From Patescibacteria group bacterium (GTDB lineage Bacteria > Patescibacteriota > Patescibacteriia > Patescibacteriales > GWC2-42-12): a DNA stretch of 18,141 bases. The stretch covers positions 1 to 18,141 of the forward strand of contig JAQVNC010000015.1 of the NCBI GenBank assembly GCA_028703305.1. The letters run 5' to 3'. Each line of letters opens with the position of its first letter. Position 1 is the stretch's first letter. Of the stretch, positions 8,716 through 17,643 are shown one piece after another. The notes under the pieces are model-generated. The model was not told the origin of the DNA. It saw only the letters and a list, made by a program, of their open reading frames with translations, and did no database searches. The translations under genes were made by a program, and so were the position numbers.

Positions 8716-10179
8716 TTAAATTTCCGCTTTTTTCAGATGCCACTCGGTCGCTTTTTCATAACTGCTCCCCACTCTAAATAGCGTGGCTTCATCAAAACGT
8801 TTGCCGATTAATTGCAAGCCGACCGGCAGGTTTTTATCAAAACCGCAGGGAATGGAAATAGCGGGTAATCCGGCCAGCGACGCTCCGGTTACAAAAATAT
8901 CTTCAAGATACATTTTTAACGGATCGTTGGACTGTTCGCCGATTTTAAAAGCTGCATGCGGCTCGGTTGGAGTTAACAAGCAATCCACGGTTTCTAAAAC
9001 TTTATCCATTTCTTGCTTTATTTTTGTCCTGACTTTTTGGGCCTGCAGATAATAAGCTTCAAAATAACCGGCGCTTAAGGCATAGGTGCCGAGCATGATG
9101 CGGCGTTTAGCTTCCGGCCCAAAACCTTTACCCCGGCTTTTGGTGTAAATGCTCATTAAATCAGCTTTAGCCCTATCGTCATCTTGGATGCTTAAGCCGT
9201 ATTTTATGCCGTCAAAACGCGCCAAATTGGAGCTAATTTCCGATGGTGTAATAATATAATAAACCGGCACGCCGTATTTTGTATGCGGCAGGCTGACTTG
9301 TTTAAATTTCGCGCCTAACTTTTTAAAATCTTCAATGGCTTTTTCCATGGCTTCGGTCACGCCTTTGTCAGTGCCTTCTATAAAATATTCTTTAGGCAAA
9401 CCGATAGTCAGGCCTTTTAAACTGCCGCCTTTAGCAAAGTGGGTCAGGGGGATTTTATCCACCGTGGTCGCGTCATTCTTATCAACTCCGGCGATAACTG
9501 ACAACACAATGGCCGCGTCTTCAACCGTTTTAGTTAATGGTCCGGGCACATCGGTTGAGCTGGTCATGGCGATAAGGCCAAAACGAGATGAACGGCCATA
9601 GGTCGGCTTTAAACCGGTAATACCGCAAAAACTGGCCGGGCATCTTATTGATCCGCCCGTATCCGTACCTAGGGCAAATAAACACATATCCGCGGCCACA
9701 GCCGCGCCTGATCCGCCGGAAGAACCGCCGGGCACGCGGGACAGATCCCAGGGATTATGCGTCGTGCCGTATGCCGAATTTTCCGTGGAGGCGCCATGCG
9801 CGAATTCGTCTAAATTGGTTTTGCCGAGTAGAACGGCGCCGGCCTGTTTTAATCTTTTTATAATAGTCGCGTCATAAGGCGCGATATAATTTTCTAAAAT
9901 TTTTGAAGCGGCCGTGGTTTTAACGCCTCGGGTCATAATATTATCCTTGGCCAAATACGGGATGCCTAATAATTCTCCGGTTTCGTCGTTCTTTATTTTC
10001 TCGTCAGCTTTTTTAGCTTCCGCCAAAGCTTCTTTTTCGCAGACGGTTAAACAAGCTTTGATTTTCCCGTCCACCTCTTTAATCCGCTTTAAACACGCCT
10101 TGGTCAAATCAACCGAGGTTATTTCTTTTTTTGCCAGCATCTGGCCGGCTTGTTTTATGGTAAGTTGATTTAATTTCAT
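8716..10179 (-). CDS. gatA: Glutamyl/aspartyl-tRNA(Gln/Asn) amidotransferase subunit A
   Basis: Amidase signature GGSSGGSGAAVAA...GTDTGGSIRCPASFCGITGLKPTYG. The 487-aa length fits, and it is 3 nt downstream of gatC. Confidence 0.95.
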   Translation of the reverse strand: MKLNQLTIKQAGQMLAKKEITSVDLTKACLKRIKEVDGKIKACLTVCEKEALAEAKKADEKIKNDETGELLGIPYLAKDNIMTRGVKTTAASKILENYIAPYDATIIKRLKQAGAVLLGKTNLDEFAHGASTENSAYGTTHNPWDLSRVPGGSSGGSGAAVAADMCLFALGTDTGGSIRCPASFCGITGLKPTYGRSSRFGLIAMTSSTDVPGPLTKTVEDAAIVLSVIAGVDKNDATTVDKIPLTHFAKGGSLKGLTIGLPKEYFIEGTDKGVTEAMEKAIEDFKKLGAKFKQVSLPHTKYGVPVYYIITPSEISSNLARFDGIKYGLSIQDDDRAKADLMSIYTKSRGKGFGPEAKRRIMLGTYALSAGYFEAYYLQAQKVRTKIKQEMDKVLETVDCLLTPTEPHAAFKIGEQSNDPLKMYLEDIFVTGASLAGLPAISIPCGFDKNLPVGLQLIGKRFDEATLFRVGSSYEKATEWHLKKAEI

Positions 10180-10182
10180 ATT

Positions 10183-10476
10183 TTATTCTATAACTCGTTT
10201 AACTTTAATAAACCTGCCTTCCCTCTCCGGCGCGTCGGCCAGAGCCGCTTCAATTTCTTTCTCATCCCAATTTTTTATTTCATCGCCGCGCAAAACATTT
10301 TCCTGCCCGGTTATCTGAGCGGTCGGCTCCACGCCTTTAACGTCAACTTCTTTTAGCTGGTCAATATAATTTAAAACCGCGGATAGCTGTCCGCCGTATT
10401 TTTCTAATTCTTCGCCAGTCAGTTCCAACCTGGCCAACTTAGCGATGTGTTGTATTTCGTCTTTGGATAAATTCAT
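10183..10476 (-). CDS. gatC: Glutamyl/aspartyl-tRNA amidotransferase subunit C
   Basis: 97 aa. The N-terminus IQHIAKLARLELTGEELEKYGGQLSAVLNYIDQL is the typical GatC pattern. It sits immediately upstream of gatA. Confidence 0.9.
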   Translation of the reverse strand: MNLSKDEIQHIAKLARLELTGEELEKYGGQLSAVLNYIDQLKEVDVKGVEPTAQITGQENVLRGDEIKNWDEKEIEAALADAPEREGRFIKVKRVIE

Positions 10477-10480
10477 AAAA

Positions 10481-10509
10481 CTAACGAATCAACGAATTAA
10501 ACAACAAAT
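10481..10509. repeat. Left arm of the bipartite inverted repeat flanking the GxxExxY ORF
   Basis: CTAACGAATCAACGAAT (10481-10497) is the exact reverse complement of 10944-10960. ACAACAAAT (10501-10509) is the exact reverse complement of 10923-10931. Confidence 0.85.
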
Positions 10510-10510
10510 A

Positions 10511-10921
10511 TCACGAATAATTCACTGATTCTTTATTGTTTGGATTTAATATTCTTAATGTTTTTACTCCGTAAGCGGTAAAATTAATTATTAAAGCTAA
10601 TTTATGCCCTGTCACTTTTAAATATTCTTTGACTTGGTTGATATTCTTTCTTGAAAAATAATTCCCCCTTTTTAATTCAACTATAATTTTATCTTCAACT
10701 AAAAAATCTAAATAATATGTGCCTATTTTTTCTTCGTGAAAAATTATATTATACGGTAGCTGTCTCTTGTAATTAATTTTTCTTTCAACAAAAATTTTTT
10801 CTACCGCCTTTTCATAATGTTTTTCCTGATAACCATACCCCAACTCATTAAATACTTCAAACATTATACCAACTATATTATAGCTTAAATCTTTATAAAT
10901 AATTTCTACCTCCTTTCTCAT
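10511..10921 (-). CDS. GxxExxY-family protein (PD-(D/E)XK nuclease-fold superfamily)
   Basis: Signature G30-Y-Q-E-K-H-Y36, then D72 (LDFLVED) and E82-L-K84 (VELK) as in PD-(D/E)XK, plus NQVKEYLK...LALIINF. The gene is much more AT-rich than its neighbours. Confidence 0.85.
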   Translation of the reverse strand: MRKEVEIIYKDLSYNIVGIMFEVFNELGYGYQEKHYEKAVEKIFVERKINYKRQLPYNIIFHEEKIGTYYLDFLVEDKIIVELKRGNYFSRKNINQVKEYLKVTGHKLALIINFTAYGVKTLRILNPNNKESVNYS

Positions 10922-10922
10922 A

Positions 10923-13435
<2,513 letters not shown>

Positions 13436-13488
13436 AGATTTATTATATTAATTAATTATTATTTATATTTTAATTAAATTTATAACTA

Positions 13489-14085
13489 TTAAAATAAGCA
13501 GCTGAAATTCCAAGGAAAAGCCATGGGAAAAACAAAATTGCAACCTGCCGGCGGAGCGGGTTCGCAAGCTCCGTCTACGCACGATTCGCCGTCGCCGCAA
13601 GAGCCGCAAGAACCGCCGCAGCCGTCATCTCCGCAAACTTTACCGGTACAATCCGGCGTACAAACAGGAAGTTCGCTGACTAAATATGTGCTTTCCACCG
13701 ATCTTTTAGCGCCGGCATAAATGCCAATTGATTTAAAAGTAACATAAGACGTTGAACTGGCATAATTTACCTGATAAGCGCTATTGTTGCCAAGATCAGC
13801 CAGGCTAAAAACATTATCGGTATCTACGTCAGGTAAAGCATAACTGTTTTTTCTGGCTTCCCATAAAGCCCGCTCCATACCGGCTTCGGATGCGAAATAT
13901 GCCAGGTTTGAATAACCGGCCAAACGGTTCATCTTTATGCCGGCTAAAACCAACTCGGCGGCGCCTAAAGTAATAATTAAAATACCGGATAAAATAAACA
14001 AAGTTAAAAGTAAAATTACGCCTTTTTGATTTTTTATATTATTATAAAATAAATTCATATTGAAAAATTTTTTAGGAGCCTTCAT
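13489..14085 (-). CDS. PilX/GspK-like pseudopilin lacking Glu+5, with a C-terminal Cys-rich module
   Basis: KNQKG|VILLLTLFILSGILIITLGAA is a class III-like leader, but with Leu at +5. AYFASEAGMERAL resembles the PilX N-terminal domain. There are 10 Cys in residues 142-196. The ATG at 14085 overlaps the upstream stop by 14 nt; the alternative Met10 is at 14058. Confidence 0.65.
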   Translation of the reverse strand: MKAPKKFFNMNLFYNNIKNQKGVILLLTLFILSGILIITLGAAELVLAGIKMNRLAGYSNLAYFASEAGMERALWEARKNSYALPDVDTDNVFSLADLGNNSAYQVNYASSTSYVTFKSIGIYAGAKRSVESTYLVSELPVCTPDCTGKVCGDDGCGGSCGSCGDGESCVDGACEPAPPAGCNFVFPMAFPWNFSCLF

Positions 14086-14665
14086 AATACCTTGAAGAAA
14101 CCGTCATTTGAATTTTCATTCTCTGCTCATGTATCGCCTGCCCGACAGCTTTAACATCTACTAACATAGTAACGTAAGGCTGAATACCGGGCAAAGCGCC
14201 AATTAAATCATCATTCACGTAAAATTTTAAATTGCTGACTTCAATTTTTGCCGGAGTAATAAAACCTTCAACATTGCCGGCATCAGACTCGGCCATTATC
14301 TTAAGGCGATTATCTTCCAGATAATAAACCACGCAATTGCCATATTGATTTTTAAAATAAAGCTTGCTATTATCGCCGGTTGTATTAAAAACTTTAAAAA
14401 CCGCGGTCGGCGGCACGCTAAACATATCTTCGCAATCATGATTGCTAATTCCCGCCATTCTGATTTCTTTGCTTATTTTTTCCATGGCGTATCTCATGCT
14501 CTCTTGCACGTTTTGCGCGCTGATAGAGCTTCTTTGCCCGTCAATTACCATTTTAAAAATTCCGGTCGCGACTAACATTAGAACGGAAAAAATCGCTACC
14601 GCGACTATTAATTCCAGCAAACTTACGCCTTTTTCAGCTTTAAATTTTTTTATAAATAAACTCAT
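14072..14665 (-). CDS. Prepilin-type pseudopilin, PilW/GspJ-like
   Basis: KAEKG|VSLLELIVAVAIFSVLMLVATGIF has Gly-1, Glu+5 and a hydrophobic helix. The 197-aa size and its position after a PilV-like gene fit PilW/GspJ. Confidence 0.72.
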   Translation of the reverse strand: MSLFIKKFKAEKGVSLLELIVAVAIFSVLMLVATGIFKMVIDGQRSSISAQNVQESMRYAMEKISKEIRMAGISNHDCEDMFSVPPTAVFKVFNTTGDNSKLYFKNQYGNCVVYYLEDNRLKIMAESDAGNVEGFITPAKIEVSNLKFYVNDDLIGALPGIQPYVTMLVDVKAVGQAIHEQRMKIQMTVSSRYYEGS

Positions 14666-14681
14666 AATAACAATTTATTAC

Positions 14682-14736
14682 ATCAAATAAAATTTTATGG
14701 CCGTAGGGCTTTGCCCGCTATAAAATTTTATTTGAT
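14682..14736 (-). other. Perfect 17-bp A/T stem capped by a GC-rich 21-nt loop
   Basis: ATCAAATAAAATTTTAT (14682-14698) is the exact reverse complement of 14720-14736. The loop GGCCGTAGGGCTTTGCCCGCT contains a GGGC-TTT-GCCC mini-hairpin. The structure ends 16 nt upstream of the PilW-like ATG. Confidence 0.6.
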
Positions 14737-14759
14737 ACAATATATTTTTGGAAAATATT

Positions 14760-14784
14760 AAAAACCTTTTCTAAAAAGGTTTTT
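14760..14784 (-). terminator. Perfect 11-bp hairpin after the PilV-like gene (weak, AT-rich; possible attenuating or bidirectional terminator)
   Basis: AAAAACCTTTT (14760-14770), CTA loop, AAAAGGTTTTT (14774-14784). It starts 5 nt after the TGA stop at 14790-14792. U-rich sequence follows on both strands. Confidence 0.35.
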
Positions 14785-14789
14785 AAAGG

Positions 14790-15302
14790 TCATCGCCAAT
14801 TATACAAATAAGTTTCGGCCGTATAATTATGGTTTTGCGCGCCGTCTTTCCAGCGGATCTCGCATTTAACATCAAGATAATCAGTATGATCAACCGCGGT
14901 AATTAAGCGATAAAAATTTGTCGGCGCGGCGCTTGTCTCATGAGTATAAAGGCCACTGCCGTTAAGATATAGCCTGGCGCCGTCTTCAGATATGGAATTT
15001 ATGGCCTGACTAATGCTCGCCGGCCCGCGATAATCAATAATATAAGTGCCGTCGCCCACTATATTTTGGTTCCAGGCATTGCCTGGCGTCAGCCAATTTA
15101 AATCCCTGATATTTCTTACCAACTCCAAGCCTTCCTGGGCTAAACCAGAAGCCATTAAAACATTTTTATTGATATATTGGGCTTCCACATTTTGAATTAC
15201 CAGCGACAAAACGCCGATCATGCCCATGGTAATTATCATCATGGCTACCACAACTTCTAAGATGCTAATGCCCGAATTGTTGTAAATTTTTTTTATTTTC
15301 AT
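14790..15302 (-). CDS. Prepilin-type pseudopilin, PilV/GspI-like
   Basis: MKIKKIYNNSG|ISILEVVVAMMIITMGMIGVLSL has Gly-1 and Glu+5, and the GxxG..L tail is typical of PilV. I prefer the ATG at 15302, 1 nt after the upstream TAA, over the TTG at 15317 used by the track. Confidence 0.72.
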   Translation of the reverse strand: MKIKKIYNNSGISILEVVVAMMIITMGMIGVLSLVIQNVEAQYINKNVLMASGLAQEGLELVRNIRDLNWLTPGNAWNQNIVGDGTYIIDYRGPASISQAINSISEDGARLYLNGSGLYTHETSAAPTNFYRLITAVDHTDYLDVKCEIRWKDGAQNHNYTAETYLYNWR

Positions 15303-15303
15303 T

Positions 15304-15837
15304 TTAATCCGTGTCAATTAAGCCGAAAAAATTAACCGAGACTTGAGCCGTTGAATTATTAATATTTTCTTTTAAAACGATTTCCGCGGCCGCGTTGCTT
15401 AAACCATTGATATAAGTTATTGGATCAGGCGGAAAAAAAACAATATCAACCGTATCGGCCGGACTTAAAGAATCTATGGTTATGCCGGCCGGTAAAGTTT
15501 TAGTCTCTACGGCTTCGCTTGCGTCATATGCCTGATCGCCGTTAGGCGCGTTTTTATCGGCAAAAATAATATAACGCGTCGGATCGGTTAAATCAAAATG
15601 CACGCCCCAGCCGCCGCCAGGCGTAGTAACGCCGTCATAAGTTTTTGAACCCAAGCTGTAATTTTGCGCCAGCCTGATATCTGAAGCTAATTTCTGTTTT
15701 ATCACGCCGAGTTCCGAACGCTTATTGGTATCATGGTAATTAACCATAAACAAGCCGCTCATCATCACAACTATAAAAATACTGACCGTTAATTCAATTA
15801 AGGTAAATCCTGATAAATTTTTAGCTTGTTTTTTCAT
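15304..15837 (-). CDS. Prepilin-type pseudopilin, FimT/FimU/GspH-like
   Basis: The canonical N-methylation motif is KNLSG|FTLIELTVSIFIVVMMSG. The following KQKLASDIRLAQNYSL resembles the GspH/FimT helix. Confidence 0.8.
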   Translation of the reverse strand: MKKQAKNLSGFTLIELTVSIFIVVMMSGLFMVNYHDTNKRSELGVIKQKLASDIRLAQNYSLGSKTYDGVTTPGGGWGVHFDLTDPTRYIIFADKNAPNGDQAYDASEAVETKTLPAGITIDSLSPADTVDIVFFPPDPITYINGLSNAAAEIVLKENINNSTAQVSVNFFGLIDTD

Positions 15838-15846
15838 TGATTTATT

Positions 15847-15881
15847 AAGACGTCCGACGTCTCCAAGGCGTCGGACGTCTT
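15847..15881 (-). other. Perfect 13-bp GC-rich stem-loop 9 nt upstream of the first pilin ATG
   Basis: AAGACGTCCGACG (15847-15859), 9-nt loop, CGTCGGACGTCTT (15869-15881). No U-run follows on either strand, so it is not a canonical terminator. Confidence 0.6.
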
Positions 15882-15907
15882 TAGCTCGCTAAATTGCTGA
15901 TAATTTT

Positions 15908-17545
15908 CTATTCCGGCTTAACCTCTTTCCATTTTGGCAGCTTGGCGCTAACATTAATCGTCTCTGAAGTTGAAACATAATAGCCGTCGTTATCAGTTAC
16001 TTTTAAAGCCACTGTGAAACTGCCGGCCGAATTAAAAGTTATAATCGGCGAAGTGGTGGCCGAATCATTGATGCTGGCTCCGGCCGTAGCGGTCCAAAGG
16101 TAAGTACAAAGTTCATCCGAACAATCAACCGCCGTATCCGGCGCCGCGGCTAGATACACTTTACTGATATTAGTAAAGCTAACTTGCTCGCTTTTACTAG
16201 GATTATTCGGAGAATAAGTAAAATCCGGTTCAGGCATTTTATGCTTATAGGTGGTAAAAGTTGGGACTACGCCGTCATCATTATCCGTATCCGGATTAGT
16301 GTCATAATCCTTGATAGCCGAAGCTATCTCGCTATCATCCCATACTTGAACCGACCATTTATAACCTTGATTATAGTCCAGCAAAGCGCTGTCTAGTATA
16401 TATTGGCAGACGCAATCGCCCGGACTAACGCAGCCGGTCGCGCCGTTTTCCAGGCAAATAGTATTATCAATTTTACAATCGGCCGAGGGCGTCTGATAGC
16501 CGGTGCATACGCCCGTATCTAACACCGCGGTATCATCGGCTTTCTTTACGATAACTTGATAAGCCGAGCCGTAGGAGCCGGTATCCGCGTCAACCATATT
16601 AAATTGCAAATTGGCGCGCAAGGCGCCGCTAACCGCGGCCTGGGCATAAGTCCAGTTAGGCGCGGTTAGTCCGGAAACCTCCGGGGCCTGATTAACCGAT
16701 ACGAATTTAACTTTATAATCAACTGTGCCGCAGCTTGAATCGTTATTGCAATTAAAACTTACCCAGCCAACCTGTTCGCCATAAGCCCAGCCCTCAAATT
16801 CATTGGTGGTAAAATTTATTTTTACTTGGCTGGCGCCGGCCGGAGCAAAATCAATCCAGCCGGCCTGTTCGCCATAAGCCGTACCGCTTAAATTGCCAAA
16901 GCCGTCATTTAAAACGCCGCCGCCGGCCGGAAATAAATTAATCCAGCCTAATTGTTCCGAGTAGGCATAGCCTTCAAGATGGTCGGTATAGACGGTAGTG
17001 GTAGCCATGTCCGGATTATTAAACTTAATCCAGCCAACCTGCTCGCTAAAAGCATAGTCTTCGGCATAACCTAATAATATTTGCTGGGTAACGCCATAAC
17101 CGATACCGGAAAAACTAATCCAGCCGACACTCTCACCCCAGGCATAGCCGGAAAAAACTCCGTTTTCATCAACGCTCACGCCGCCGCCGGCCGGCGCGAA
17201 ATCAATATAGCCGGTTTGCTCGCCCCAGGCATAGCCGGAAAGCGTACCGCCGCTATTTAATACCCGGTAAAAATTCGCCGCGCAAGATCCGCCGTCAGTA
17301 TTAGCGCAATCCATGCTAATCCAGCCCAGATTCTCGCTCCAGGCCCAGCCGGTTAATTTATCGGCTTCAACCATGGTTTCATAGCCCTCCGGCGCCAGAT
17401 TTATCCAGCCGGTTAACTCGCCCCAGGCATAGCCGGAAGCCTGATCGGCCGCGGACGCGGTAAAAGAATGGCTGTTATATATCAGAATTGCCACAAGCGC
17501 TGACAAAGCCAATAAAAATGAAAATTTTAAATATTTTTTAAGCAT
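15908..17545 (-). CDS. Secreted multidomain protein: Sec signal, 8 aromatic repeats, Fn3-like domain with a Cys-rich insert, C-terminal PKD-like domain
   Basis: Signal peptide LLALSALVAILIY...FTASA|AD. Eight copies of G[YW]A[WYF][GS]ExxG[WY]Ix[FLM]. The C-terminus FTYSP...YLWTATAG...FTVALKVTDNDGY fits the PKD pattern. Confidence 0.85.
   Translation of the reverse strand: MLKKYLKFSFLLALSALVAILIYNSHSFTASAADQASGYAWGELTGWINLAPEGYETMVEADKLTGWAWSENLGWISMDCANTDGGSCAANFYRVLNSGGTLSGYAWGEQTGYIDFAPAGGGVSVDENGVFSGYAWGESVGWISFSGIGYGVTQQILLGYAEDYAFSEQVGWIKFNNPDMATTTVYTDHLEGYAYSEQLGWINLFPAGGGVLNDGFGNLSGTAYGEQAGWIDFAPAGASQVKINFTTNEFEGWAYGEQVGWVSFNCNNDSSCGTVDYKVKFVSVNQAPEVSGLTAPNWTYAQAAVSGALRANLQFNMVDADTGSYGSAYQVIVKKADDTAVLDTGVCTGYQTPSADCKIDNTICLENGATGCVSPGDCVCQYILDSALLDYNQGYKWSVQVWDDSEIASAIKDYDTNPDTDNDDGVVPTFTTYKHKMPEPDFTYSPNNPSKSEQVSFTNISKVYLAAAPDTAVDCSDELCTYLWTATAGASINDSATTSPIITFNSAGSFTVALKVTDNDGYYVSTSETINVSAKLPKWKEVKPE
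16751..17434 (-). repeat. In-frame coding repeat array (8 units, 28-38 aa period) inside the 545-aa gene
   Basis: Repeat cores start at residues 38, 66, 104, 133, 163, 192, 221 and 252. DNA-level identical 22-mers lie at 17218-17239 and 17417-17438. Identical 17-mers lie at 16914-16930 and 17177-17193. Confidence 0.85.
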
Positions 17546-17571
17546 ATAAACACACTAATTTTTATACAACT

Positions 17572-17604
17572 ATTATACCATAATTTTATATAATATGGTA
17601 TGAT
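17572..17604. promoter_or_regulatory. Back-to-back divergent extended -10 promoters formed by an 8-bp inverted repeat
   Basis: ATACCATA (17575-17582) and TATGGTAT (17594-17601) are exact inverted repeats. On the minus strand they read TGGTATAAT (17580-17572), 26 nt upstream of the ATG at 17545. On the plus strand they read TGGTATGAT (17596-17604), 39 nt upstream of the ATG at 17644. Confidence 0.45.
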
Positions 17605-17643
17605 TATTATAGCTTATTTAATCATTAACAAAAACTTAAATTT

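Noticed and set aside
8716-10476. gatC-gatA without gatB as an anomaly
   Set aside because: gatB is encoded elsewhere in many bacteria. Its absence from an 18-kb window says nothing about the genome.
15303-15317. TTG start at 15317 for the PilV-like gene
   Set aside because: An ATG at 15302 gives a normal short basic prepilin leader (MKIKKIYNNSG|I). It sits 1 nt after the upstream stop, while the TTG version needs a 14-nt overlap and a rarer start codon. The TTG start is not fully excluded.
16751-17434. Possible CRISPR-like or tandem non-coding repeat because of recurring 17-22-mers
   Set aside because: The repeats are in frame within a long ORF and have a variable period (84-114 nt) with non-unique spacers. 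They encode a conserved peptide motif, so this is a protein repeat, not a CRISPR array.
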